Below, one piece after another: positions 9,607-18,431 of a stretch of 64,000 nt of DNA (its first letter is position 1; every line of letters begins with the position of its first letter). Both the position numbers and the translations under genes were made by a program. This DNA comes from Corallococcus sp. EGB. GTDB lineage: Bacteria; Myxococcota; Myxococcia; Myxococcales; Myxococcaceae. Location: contig NZ_CP079946.1 of assembly GCF_019968905.1 (NCBI RefSeq), forward strand, positions 5,857,356 through 5,921,355, in the 5' to 3' direction. The notes beneath the pieces were generated by a model that saw only the letters and a program-made list of their open reading frames with translations, had not been told where the DNA came from and searched no databases.

Positions 9607-11874
9607 TCAATCCGCGTAGGCCGGGAGGTCGGCCAGTCGAATCTGCAGCTTCGTCACTTCACCGGGACGGATGGGAGCAGACAACAGCTTGCTCGTTCCG
9701 CCGGGGTCCTGCGGGTCCACCACACGCAGACGGTAGGTGCCCACGGGGAGCGGGAACTTGCTCAAGGGAGACGTTCCCAGCTGCGTGGCGCCGTCGAACA
9801 CGGCCGCGTTCTTGGGCACCGTGTAGAGCGTGAGCCAGCCCAGGCCCGCCTTCGCGGCGCCCTTCGAGGTGGACGTGTCGAGCACCTCCGGGTTCGCCTC
9901 CTGCGTGACGGTGGTGATGGGCTCCGGGGCCTCGGGCTTCGCGGGGCGCGTCTCCGCCTTCGCCACCGCGGGCTTTTCCGCCACGGCGGGCGCAGCGCTG
10001 GCGCCGGCCGGCCTGGCCTTGTGGCTGCCCTTGCTCCCAGGCGCCTTCTTCGCGTCGGCGGCCGTTGTCTCCACCACGGGTTCGGATGGAGGCGAAGGCG
10101 CCACCTCCGGCGCCTTCTCGGGCTCGGGGGCGGTCTTCTGGGCGAATCCAGGAGGCGGACCGGAGGGCTTGGGCGGCCACTGCCCGTTCGCGGCCGGGTC
10201 CACGGGCGGAGGCGGATCCAGCTCCGCCTGCACCCACTGCTTCGCGGACTCGTATGCCGGCATGAACACGCGGCGGACGGGCTCGAGCGTCGCCAGATAG
10301 GCCACGCCGCCGAGGAGGACGAGCAGGAACAGGCGCATGCCCCAGCCGGAGCCTTCACGGGCGGGGGTGGCCGGGGGCGGCGCTTCGGCGCCCTCTTCTT
10401 CCGCGTGACGCGAGGCCCGGGCGGAGTTGCGCGCGGGACGGGCAGGAAAGCGCCGGGTCTGGAGCTCGCTGGGCGGATCCATCAGCCCCTCGGGCTGGGA
10501 CGCGCCCCGGGCTTCGGCGGGTTCGGGCCGCGTGCCGGGACGGGCGCGCGAGGGCCGGGCGGCGTCCGGAGGAGGACGCACCACGCGGGGAATGGGCGCC
10601 GCGTCCGAGGGACGCTGCGCTCGTGGCGTCACGGTGGGCGTGTTGACACGCGACGCACGGGCATCAATGGCGTCCGCGGCGGGACGCGGCGTCGCGCGAG
10701 GGCCGGGCGTCGCGGACTCGGTCGCGGCGCGGCGGGCGGGCGTGGGCTTGGGAGACTGCGCGGTGTCCGCGGGCGGGGCCTCCGCGTGCGGCGACTTCAC
10801 CTGCGCGGTGGGCGCCGCGGCGGCCTGAACACTCCCCTCCTCCGCCTGGAGCGCGCCGGCGGCCTCGCTGACGCGGGCGTCCTCGGCGCGGCTGGCCAGC
10901 TCCAGGAGCGTGCGCGTCTTCTGGCGCTTCTCCTCGAAGAGCTCGCCCATGACGGCGGCCATCTGGTCTTCGTCGAACAGCTCGGAGCCCAGCGTGGCCT
11001 CGATGGCGCGCGCCATCTCCCGGCACGTGCCGAAGCGCTGGGCGGTGTCGCGCGACAGCGACTTGAGCACCACCGCTTCCAGGGCCTCCGGCACGGCACC
11101 GTTGAGCGAGCGCGGCGCGGGGATCTCCCCGTCCACGATCTGCATCATCACGGCGGCCTCGCCCGGGGCGTTGAACAGGCGCTGACCGGTCAGCAGTTCG
11201 TGGAACATCACGCCCGTGGAGAACTGGTCGCTGCGGCCGTCCAGGTCCTTGTTGCGCACCTGCTCCGGGGACATGTACCCGCTGGTCCCCTTCACGGTGC
11301 CCACCTGCGTGCGCCCCAGCTTGCCGCGCGCCTTGGCGATGCCGAAGTCGATCACCTTCACGACGCCGTCGTAGGTGATCATCACGTTCTTCGGGGACAC
11401 GTCGCGGTGCACCACCGCCACGGGACGGCCCGACGGATCCATGAAGTGGTGGGCGTAGTGCAGGCCCAGGCACGTGTCGCGCATCACGCGCGCGCTGAAG
11501 CCCAGCGGCAGCGTGTAGTTGCGCCGCGCCGCCATCTTCACCACCTGCTCCAGGTTCTGGCCCGGCAGGAACTCCATGGCGAGGTACAGCTCGCCGTCCT
11601 CCTCCCCCAGGTCGAACACCTGTCCGATGTTCGCGTGCGAGAAGGCCGCGGTGATGCGCGCCTCGTCGAGGAACATCTTGACGAACTGATCGTCCTTCTT
11701 GATGTCGGGGAGGATCTGCTTCACCGCCACGAACTTGCGGAAGCCACCGGGGCCGGAGGTGTACGCGAGGAACAGCTCCGCCATCCCTCCCATCGAGAGT
11801 CGGGTGAGGATCTCGTATTTTCCGATGCGCCGCCCCCGGTCGGGATCTTCTCCGGCGCCTCCCTGCATGCTCAT
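9607..11874 (-). CDS. Ser/Thr protein kinase with long disordered linker, TM segment and C-terminal PEGA-like domain
   Basis: 755 aa. Hanks kinase motifs (VAVK, HRDVSPKNVM, DFGIAKA, SPEQ) are followed by a ~300 aa Pro/Ala/Arg-rich low-complexity linker, a hydrophobic helix and a C-terminal PVGTYRLRVVD (PEGA-like) region. Confidence 0.9.
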   Translation of the reverse strand: MSMQGGAGEDPDRGRRIGKYEILTRLSMGGMAELFLAYTSGPGGFRKFVAVKQILPDIKKDDQFVKMFLDEARITAAFSHANIGQVFDLGEEDGELYLAMEFLPGQNLEQVVKMAARRNYTLPLGFSARVMRDTCLGLHYAHHFMDPSGRPVAVVHRDVSPKNVMITYDGVVKVIDFGIAKARGKLGRTQVGTVKGTSGYMSPEQVRNKDLDGRSDQFSTGVMFHELLTGQRLFNAPGEAAVMMQIVDGEIPAPRSLNGAVPEALEAVVLKSLSRDTAQRFGTCREMARAIEATLGSELFDEDQMAAVMGELFEEKRQKTRTLLELASRAEDARVSEAAGALQAEEGSVQAAAAPTAQVKSPHAEAPPADTAQSPKPTPARRAATESATPGPRATPRPAADAIDARASRVNTPTVTPRAQRPSDAAPIPRVVRPPPDAARPSRARPGTRPEPAEARGASQPEGLMDPPSELQTRRFPARPARNSARASRHAEEEGAEAPPPATPAREGSGWGMRLFLLVLLGGVAYLATLEPVRRVFMPAYESAKQWVQAELDPPPPVDPAANGQWPPKPSGPPPGFAQKTAPEPEKAPEVAPSPPSEPVVETTAADAKKAPGSKGSHKARPAGASAAPAVAEKPAVAKAETRPAKPEAPEPITTVTQEANPEVLDTSTSKGAAKAGLGWLTLYTVPKNAAVFDGATQLGTSPLSKFPLPVGTYRLRVVDPQDPGGTSKLLSAPIRPGEVTKLQIRLADLPAYAD

Positions 11875-11968
11875 GGCGGGGCGGATGTTACCCGCCAGGC
11901 CCTCCCAGGTCGATGATCGTCTTTACTGCCGGTCCGTCCGCTGGAGCCAGGAGCCCCGGGAAAGCGGC

Positions 11969-12757
11969 TTAGGCGCCAAAGCGCTGGCGCCGCACGTCGA
12001 GCATCCAGCCCTCGAGCGCCGCCACCGCCGCCGGTTGAGGCTCCAGAGGCAACACGGAGCCCGCGTCCGCCGCGTCGAGCACCGCGAACGCACGCGACAC
12101 CTCGCGCTGCCACTGCTCGCTGAGGGCTGCATCCAACTCGATGCGCTCACCGCGCTGCTTGCGCTCCACCAGCGCGTGCGCCTCGCCAAAGCCAAACGGC
12201 TCCAGCAGGACGGTGACGTCCGTCTCCACCTCGCCCGTTCGCAGCGCATGCGCTCCGGTGAGCGTGGTGCGCAGCACGTACAGCAGCTTCTTCACGGAGC
12301 GGAAGCCGCTCTTCTCCCATTCACGCAGCTGCCCCTGCGCGAAGCCCCGGTAGTGCCGGTGGATGCGCCGCGACAGCACGGCCCGCACCAGGGGCCGCAG
12401 CGTCTCCAGCTCCGGCAGGGCCCGCACGGTGATGGCGCCGAGCACCCGCTCGATGTAGTTGCCGTTGCCCTGGAGGATGCCCAGCAGCACGGGCTGCAAT
12501 TCGTTGGACGAGTAGTCCACCTCCACCCCCTCCAGCACCTCCATCCGCTCCGCCGGCACGTGCCGTGGCTGGAGGCCCAGGAGCGCGGCGGTGGGCGCGA
12601 TGTGGATGCCCTTGAGGTCCAGGTCGCTGTCATGTGACGGGAAACCGTACGCATGCGCGCCGGACAACGAGATGACCAGGTGCTCGCGCTCGAGGGACTC
12701 GGCGTCCAGCACGCGGTCCGCCATCCGTTCCTGATGCTCCGTCAGCTTGCCCTTCAT
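11969..12757 (-). CDS. Minimal Pol-beta superfamily nucleotidyltransferase (PF10127/RlaP-like predicted nucleotidyltransferase)
   Basis: 262 aa. LSGAHAYGFPSHDSDLDLKGIHI matches the GS-x(9-13)-DxD nucleotidyltransferase signature and is followed by a helical C-terminal domain (KKLLYVLRTTLTGAHALRTGE). Its ATG overlaps the upstream gene stop (ATGA). Confidence 0.7.
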   Translation of the reverse strand: MKGKLTEHQERMADRVLDAESLEREHLVISLSGAHAYGFPSHDSDLDLKGIHIAPTAALLGLQPRHVPAERMEVLEGVEVDYSSNELQPVLLGILQGNGNYIERVLGAITVRALPELETLRPLVRAVLSRRIHRHYRGFAQGQLREWEKSGFRSVKKLLYVLRTTLTGAHALRTGEVETDVTVLLEPFGFGEAHALVERKQRGERIELDAALSEQWQREVSRAFAVLDAADAGSVLPLEPQPAAVAALEGWMLDVRRQRFGA

Positions 12758-14040
12758 TCCATCCCTCCTTCCAGCGCCGGAGCCTCCGGCGCGTCACGGC
12801 CCAGCGGCCCGGGCGTCTTCAAGACCCAGCGCCGCGCCACTTCGGCCCCCACCCGCCGCAGCAGCTGGTCCGCGCGGGCGTAGTCCGGATGTTCCGGCAG
12901 CCGGCTCTCCCGGTGCGCGGCCTCCAGCGCAGGCGCCATCGACTCCGCGTCGCGCAGCACGTCCTCCAGTGGCACCTGTCCGCCCTTGATGTCGAGCAGC
13001 CGCGCCTTCAGCGACCCCGTCGCCTCGAAGGTGGGCACTCCGTCGCGCAGCCAGCCCGTCGCCAGCGACACCAGCCGCAGCAGGTTGTAGGCGTTCTTCG
13101 GCCGCAGCTCCCGCGCGGCTGGAGGACGCTGGCCGCCGCCGCGCGCGTACGCCGTGAGCGCCGCGAAGTCGTTCGCCGCGAGCAACCCCTGGTCCCAGAG
13201 CGAGCGGTAGAGCTGCTTGACGTACGTCTTCGCCGCGAGCACCGCGTCCTCGGGCGTGGGCGCCGCGCGGGGCGACACGGCGGCCAGGCGCCTGGCCACC
13301 TCGTCCAGGTCCGGCGTGGGGTCCTCGCACAGCCACGCGAGCAGCAGGTCGCGGTGCTCGGCCAGCCGCTGACTGCGGGTGAGCTTGTCGAGCTGGCTCA
13401 TGGCGTAGCGTCCGAAGCTCCCGAAGATGGCCTTGGAGACGAACGCCTCCCGGGCCTCCAGCACCCACGTGCCCAGCTCATCCACCGGCGTCGCGCCGGG
13501 GACGAACAGGGTCTCCAGCGTGTTCGGATCCGCGCGCAGCGCCTGCTCCACCGTCTTGCGGACCTCCCAGTACGTGGTGCTGCCATCCGCGCTCACCAGG
13601 TCCTGCGGCGGCTGCCCCAAGCCCAGCGTCCACGGCAGCGGCAGCGCGAACACACCGCGCACGTCCACATCGGAGCGCTCATCCGCCAGCCCCCAGGCGT
13701 GACTGCCCACGCGCGTCTCCAGCACCACGCACGGACGCAGCGCGCCCCAGGCCGCCTCGCGCCGCTGGGCGAACTGCACCTGGCCCACCCGCCGGGGCAC
13801 CAGCTCGTCGCGCGCGAACCACACCTCGCCCACGCCCACGATCTGGATATCGAATCCGCCGTCATGCGCGCGCACGACGCGGCCCACCACGCCCTGGGGA
13901 ATGCGGCGTCCGGACAACACGCGCTCCACGCGGGTCGTGACCTCGGTGCCATGCGGCAGCGGCACGGACAACCGGTCGACCTGCTCCAACCCACGGACCC
14001 GCGCCGGGGTGGAAGAAGCGCTCTCACGGGTGTCGCTCAT
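12754..14040 (-). CDS. Pol-beta superfamily nucleotidyltransferase paralog with extra N-terminal ~90 aa beta-rich domain
   Basis: Track ORF 12754..14604 overlaps the kinase gene out of frame. The internal ATG at 14040 is preceded by AGGAGGG. GSHAWGLADERSDVDVRGV carries the same nucleotidyltransferase signature as the neighbour, with a C-terminal KNAYNLLRLVSLATGWLRDG helix. Confidence 0.65.
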   Translation of the reverse strand: MSDTRESASSTPARVRGLEQVDRLSVPLPHGTEVTTRVERVLSGRRIPQGVVGRVVRAHDGGFDIQIVGVGEVWFARDELVPRRVGQVQFAQRREAAWGALRPCVVLETRVGSHAWGLADERSDVDVRGVFALPLPWTLGLGQPPQDLVSADGSTTYWEVRKTVEQALRADPNTLETLFVPGATPVDELGTWVLEAREAFVSKAIFGSFGRYAMSQLDKLTRSQRLAEHRDLLLAWLCEDPTPDLDEVARRLAAVSPRAAPTPEDAVLAAKTYVKQLYRSLWDQGLLAANDFAALTAYARGGGQRPPAARELRPKNAYNLLRLVSLATGWLRDGVPTFEATGSLKARLLDIKGGQVPLEDVLRDAESMAPALEAAHRESRLPEHPDYARADQLLRRVGAEVARRWVLKTPGPLGRDAPEAPALEGGME

Positions 14041-14117
14041 CGGTCCCTCCTGGATGGGGTGGTGGCCACGCGGGACGCAGCGAAGCACGCGAGCCTGACC
14101 CGGCCCGGTGCCTCCCG

Positions 14118-15134
14118 TCAGCGCGGCGCGATGCGTCTCACTGCGGGAACTGGTGGAAGCAGCCCCTCGACTTCGGATGCCAGGGGAAGCGCCGCCACCG
14201 CCCCCAGCTTCGTCACCACGCGGGCCCCCACGCCCGCGGCGAAGGTCATCAGCGCGACCAGGTCCTCGCGCGTCGCGCCCTCCAGTGACGCCGCGTCGCC
14301 ATACCCCCGCACCAGCCCGCTCAACATCGCGGACACGAAGCCGTCGCCGGCGCCCGTCGTGTCCACCACCGTCACCTGGGGCGCGGGAACGGAGAGGACC
14401 TCGCCCCGCCAGAGGAACACCGCCCCGCGCGGCCCCAGCGTCACCACGGGCAGCCGCACGCCCTTCGCGGCCAGGACGTGCAGGGCCGCCTCCGGCGAGT
14501 GCTCGCCGGTGGCGAAGTGGATCTCCTCCTCGGACAGCTTCACCACCGTGCACAGCGGGAGCATGCGGCCCAGGAGGACTTGAAGCTCCTCGGGCTGTGT
14601 CCACACGTGCAGCCGCAGGTTCGGGTCACAGCTCACCAGCATCCCGGCCTCACGCGCCAGGGTGAGCATGCGCACCATGGCCTCACGCGCCTCGGGCAGG
14701 AGCAGGGAGTTGGAGCCGCAGTGAAGCGCCTTCGCACGCCGAACGAAGTCGCCATCCACGTCGGAGTCGTCCAGCAGGAACTCCGCCGACCGCGTCCGGA
14801 AGTACGTGAAGGTACGCTCGCCATGCGCATCCAGCGAGACGAACAGCAGGCCCGTGCGAGCGTGGTCCACCTGGCGCAGGCGGCTCACGTCCACGCCATC
14901 CGCCGCCAGCCGGTCCCGCAGGAAGTGGCCGAACTCGTCGGAGCCCACCACGCCCACCATCGCCGAGCGCAGCCCCAACCGCGCGAGCCCCACGGAGACA
15001 TTGGCCGGAGAACCGCCCGGCGCCGGCTTCCACGCCTCCACGTCCCGCACGCGCGCGGCACCACCGGCCACGGGAAGGAAGTCCACCAGCGTCTCGCCGA
15101 CACACACCACGTCCAGCGGTCCGGCTTCGTGCAT
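14118..15134 (-). CDS. PfkB-family carbohydrate/nucleoside kinase (ribokinase superfamily)
   Basis: Track ORF extends to 15602 as an Arg/Ala-rich extension. ATG at 15134 gives MHEAGPLDVVCVGE...; the C-terminal DTTGAGDGFVSAMLSG is the PfkB signature. Confidence 0.8.
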   Translation of the reverse strand: MHEAGPLDVVCVGETLVDFLPVAGGAARVRDVEAWKPAPGGSPANVSVGLARLGLRSAMVGVVGSDEFGHFLRDRLAADGVDVSRLRQVDHARTGLLFVSLDAHGERTFTYFRTRSAEFLLDDSDVDGDFVRRAKALHCGSNSLLLPEAREAMVRMLTLAREAGMLVSCDPNLRLHVWTQPEELQVLLGRMLPLCTVVKLSEEEIHFATGEHSPEAALHVLAAKGVRLPVVTLGPRGAVFLWRGEVLSVPAPQVTVVDTTGAGDGFVSAMLSGLVRGYGDAASLEGATREDLVALMTFAAGVGARVVTKLGAVAALPLASEVEGLLPPVPAVRRIAPR

Positions 15135-15163
15135 GACCCTTCCCCTGGGGACCGCGCCGCCCG

Positions 15164-15898
15164 TCAGTCCAGGCCCACCTGCGCCATGAACTCCACGCTC
15201 TTCAGCTTGCGGCCCACGTGGTGCGCGATGAAGACGTTGAGCAGCCCCCGCGCCCGAGCGCGCAGGTCCGCGGGCAGCGGCGTGCGCTGACCTTCCTGGA
15301 GCGAGCGCAAGCCCGCCAGCAGCGCCACCGGCACCGGCACCGAGTCGCGCGCGCGTCCGCCACAGGGCTCGCACACCGCGCCACCATGGCCCTGATCGAA
15401 CCGGGGCCGCTCGCCGGGCTGGCCGCCACACAGCGAACAGGAGTCGAAGCGCGGCATCAGCCCCGCCTGCGCCAACGCCGCCAGCTCGAACGCGAGCAGC
15501 GACGTGGGCCCGGCCTCCTTCGCGTCCAGCCGGTGCAGGTAGCCCTCCGCCAGCTCGAACAGCTCCGGGTGAGGCTCGTGGTCGCGCGTGAGCTCGCGGC
15601 ACAGCTCCACCGCGTACAGCGCCCGGGCGATGAGCGACAGGTCCTCACGCGCGGCGTAGAAGCCCGCGACGATGTCCGCCGAGTCCAAGCGCACCGTGCT
15701 GCCGCGCGTCTCCACGAGCTGGACGCGCAGCCGCATGAACGGCTCCAGCGCCCCCGCGAAACGGCGCTTGCTCTTGCGAGCGCCCGCGGCGAACGCGGTC
15801 AGCTTGCCGTGCTCACGTGTGAGCAGCGTCACCAGCCGGTCGGACTCACCATAGTCCACCGTGGACAGCACGAACGCGTCGTCGGCGTACCGCTCCAT
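15164..15898 (-). CDS. recO: DNA repair protein RecO
   Basis: 244 aa with an N-terminal OB-fold region and the C-terminal Cys cluster CSLCGG...CEPCGG typical of RecO. Confidence 0.85.
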   Translation of the reverse strand: MERYADDAFVLSTVDYGESDRLVTLLTREHGKLTAFAAGARKSKRRFAGALEPFMRLRVQLVETRGSTVRLDSADIVAGFYAAREDLSLIARALYAVELCRELTRDHEPHPELFELAEGYLHRLDAKEAGPTSLLAFELAALAQAGLMPRFDSCSLCGGQPGERPRFDQGHGGAVCEPCGGRARDSVPVPVALLAGLRSLQEGQRTPLPADLRARARGLLNVFIAHHVGRKLKSVEFMAQVGLD

Positions 15899-15907
15899 GA
15901 TCCCTCG

Positions 15908-16294
15908 TCAACGCGCGGCGGGGGGCGGGAGCTTCCCGGACAGCACCAGGAACAGGCCCGCGCCCAGGAGCACGATCGCCAGGAGGATGGCCAGGATGAG
16001 GTACGCCCGCTTGCGCCGCGCCTTCTCGAGCTGCGCCGGCGAAGGCGCGGGCACCGCCCGGTCCACCTCCTCGTAGCGCAGCGCCGCCTCCTCCGGCGAC
16101 AGGCCGATGACCTGCGCGTACGCGCGGATGTAGTTCAGCACGAACACGCGCTCGGGCAGACGCTCCACCTGCCCCGCCTCCAGCGCCGCGACGAGGCTGG
16201 GGGGAATCTTCGTCTCCCGGGAGACGTCCTCGCGCGACATGCCGCGAAGCTCGCGCTGCTGGCTGAGGTATTTGCCGAAGTCGACGTGGTCCAC
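15908..16294 (-). CDS. HTH (XRE-like) membrane-anchored protein, RodZ N-terminal-like
   Basis: 128 aa. MSREDVSRETKIPPSLVAALEAG...RVFVLNYIRAYAQVIGL resembles the RodZ HTH, followed by a single TM helix. GTG start. Confidence 0.55.
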   Translation of the reverse strand: MDHVDFGKYLSQQRELRGMSREDVSRETKIPPSLVAALEAGQVERLPERVFVLNYIRAYAQVIGLSPEEAALRYEEVDRAVPAPSPAQLEKARRKRAYLILAILLAIVLLGAGLFLVLSGKLPPPAAR

Positions 16295-16315
16295 GGTCTT
16301 TCGGGGCCCCCGCGG

Positions 16316-17074
16316 CTAGAGGTGGTCCAGCAGTGAGCGACAGTGGTCCTTGAGCACCGACTCGTTCGGCTGGGCCTTGGACTCGCAGGTCGCGAACGCC
16401 TTCTTCGCCTCCTCGACCCGCCCGAGCTTCGCCTGGCACACGCCTTCGCGCTGGTAGGCCTCCGCCACGTCCGGGCACTTCTCACGGTAGTGGGCAAACT
16501 GCCGGCACGCCTCCTCCGTCTTGCCCGTCTCGTCGTAGATGATGCCCAGGTTCTTGTAGCCCAGGCAGAACTCCGGGTTCGTGGTGACGGCGGCCTTGAT
16601 GTTCTGCACCGCGTTCACCGTGTCGCCCTTCTTGTAGAGCGCCCAGCCCAGGTTCCCCTGCGCGGAGAAGCCGTAGCGGTACTGCATGTCGTTGAGCGAC
16701 TCCTCGTACAGCTTGATGGCGTCGTCGTAGCGCTCCTGGTCCAGGCGCAGGTTGCCCAGATTGGTGCGCGCGTCGGAGAAGGTCGGCCGCAGCTTCAGCG
16801 CCTTCTCGTAGTGCGACGCCGCCTCGTCGAGCCGGCGGAAGGACAAGTGCAGCAGCAGGCCCACCGCGTTGTGGGCCTCCGGGTTGTCCGGGTTCTGCTC
16901 CAGCGCCTTCTGGTACTCCGCGAGCGCGTCCTGCACCGCGCCGTGCTGCTGGGCCTGCACGCCCAGGTCGTAGTGGATCTCCGAACTCCGGCGCTCCTTC
17001 TCCGTGGGGACGTGCGCGCAGCCCGCCGACGCGAGCGCGAACGCGAGGAAGCAGGAGGAAGTGATGCGGGACAT
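16316..17074 (-). CDS. Tetratricopeptide-repeat lipoprotein (PilF-like TPR)
   Basis: Track ORF 16316..17668. The internal ATG at 17074 gives MSRITSSCFLAFALASAGC (lipobox), followed by several TPR units (AEYQKALEQNPDNPEAHNAVG..., EKALKLRPTFSDARTNLG...). Confidence 0.7.
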   Translation of the reverse strand: MSRITSSCFLAFALASAGCAHVPTEKERRSSEIHYDLGVQAQQHGAVQDALAEYQKALEQNPDNPEAHNAVGLLLHLSFRRLDEAASHYEKALKLRPTFSDARTNLGNLRLDQERYDDAIKLYEESLNDMQYRYGFSAQGNLGWALYKKGDTVNAVQNIKAAVTTNPEFCLGYKNLGIIYDETGKTEEACRQFAHYREKCPDVAEAYQREGVCQAKLGRVEEAKKAFATCESKAQPNESVLKDHCRSLLDHL

Positions 17075-17097
17075 GGGTGCCAATCCAGGGTGGAGGG

Positions 17098-17562
17098 TCA
17101 GAACGCGGCCAGGAAGCGGCCCAGGGTGGTGGCGACGTTGCGCTTCTCTTCGGCGCGGGCCTTCACGGCGGGCACGAGCGTGGGCTCCCGGAAGAACACG
17201 GGCAGCGTCTTCAGCCACTCGTCCTGCTGCGCGGGGGCCGCGGAGCGCCAGTTCGCGTTGTCCATCATGAAGCCCAGCGACTCCACGAACGCGAGCGCGT
17301 CGTCCTCGTCCTCGCGCAACTCGTCCGCGGACTGGATGCGCCGGCCGGACACGTACACCGCGCAGTCCCCCGCCTCCACCAGGTACAGGTACACGAAGAC
17401 GCCCGCGCTCTGTCCGCCGCGCAGCCCCACCACGAAGGCCTGCGCGGGCCCGGCCTGCTTGCCGGGAATGGCCACGTGCGGCGTGTTGAGCGACAGGTGC
17501 AGCGCGAGCACCTGGTCGCGGCTGGCGGGGAGACCCCGGTAGCGCTCGTCGATGGTGAACAC
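17098..17562 (-). CDS. Hypothetical protein
   Basis: 154 aa ORF with coding-like codon usage in the same-strand array; no recognisable motifs. GTG start. Confidence 0.45.
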   Translation of the reverse strand: MFTIDERYRGLPASRDQVLALHLSLNTPHVAIPGKQAGPAQAFVVGLRGGQSAGVFVYLYLVEAGDCAVYVSGRRIQSADELREDEDDALAFVESLGFMMDNANWRSAAPAQQDEWLKTLPVFFREPTLVPAVKARAEEKRNVATTLGRFLAAF

Positions 17563-17585
17563 CGTCGTCTCCCTTCCCGCGCACC

Positions 17586-18269
17586 CTAGCGGGTGGTGAG
17601 CGTGAACTCCTCGGTCGCGTCCTGCGCGTCCGCAGCCGTCTTCTGGAAGCGGATGAGGGGCGTGTCAATCATCACGTTGCCGCCGCCCTCGTTGCCCTCG
17701 CCGATGATCACCTTGAAGACGTTCCCGGGCGACGTGCTGCGGCGGCTGCCCCCGTTCACCTTGCGGGCAATCAGCGTCACCGCGTTCGCGCCGGGACGCA
17801 ACTGGCTGGTGATGTCCATCACCACCTGGTCTTCGTTGTTGCGCAAACGACGCAGCCAGCGCGAGTTCACGTACACGTCGATGTCGAAGTCCGTCATGCC
17901 CGGCGTCGTCTGCTCCGTCACCAGCCAGTAGCGCTGGGTGATGCGCGCCGGCGCAGACGTGGCCGCCGCGGGAGCGGCCGGTGCGGGAGCCTGCGCGACG
18001 ACGCCCGCATCCGGGGCCGCGGCGGCTGGGGGCGTGGCGGTGGTCGGAGCCGCCGGCGTGGGCGTCACGGTCGTCACGCGGGCGGCGTAGCCCGGCGCGT
18101 CGATGTAGATGTTCCCCTCGGCGTCGATGCGGACGGTGGCCTTCTCGAAGCGCGTGTTCGTCACCCCGTCGATCTTCACTCCGTTCAGGAAGACCGAGCC
18201 GGCCAGGGCCAGCATGGGGACGAGCGAGGCCGCGACGGTGAGGGCAATGCGGGCGGACGGGCGTGACAT
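17586..18269 (-). CDS. Secreted hypothetical protein with Pro/Ala/Thr-rich linker
   Basis: The internal ATG at 18269 gives MSRPSARIALTVAASLVPMLALAGS (signal peptide), a PTPAAPTTATPPAAAAP linker and a C-terminal globular domain. Confidence 0.5.
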   Translation of the reverse strand: MSRPSARIALTVAASLVPMLALAGSVFLNGVKIDGVTNTRFEKATVRIDAEGNIYIDAPGYAARVTTVTPTPAAPTTATPPAAAAPDAGVVAQAPAPAAPAAATSAPARITQRYWLVTEQTTPGMTDFDIDVYVNSRWLRRLRNNEDQVVMDITSQLRPGANAVTLIARKVNGGSRRSTSPGNVFKVIIGEGNEGGGNVMIDTPLIRFQKTAADAQDATEEFTLTTR

Positions 18270-18431
18270 GGGGGCGTTCCTCCAGGAATCCTCAACAGTC
18301 CCGGGAGCTTGCAAACGACTTAGCGCACCCGGGGGAGCGGGACAAGGCGGGGACGGCCTCCCTTGGAGCGCTCCGCCGCCGCGAACATCCGCCGGGCGGT
18401 CCGTCTTCCTGCCCGGCCGAGCGCAGGCGGC

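Noticed and set aside
9660-10360. Apparent repeats and multiple overlapping small ORFs (192 aa, 198 aa, 156 aa) inside the kinase gene
   Set aside because: They arise from the Pro/Ala/Arg-rich low-complexity linker of the kinase; not an independent repeat element or gene.
14041-14604. N-terminal 188-aa extension of track ORF 12754..14604 and the 156-aa extension of ORF 14118..15602
   Set aside because: The extensions are Gly/Arg/Ala low-complexity and overlap the neighbouring gene out of frame. Internal ATGs at 14040 (AGGAGGG RBS) and 15134 start exactly where recognisable domains begin.
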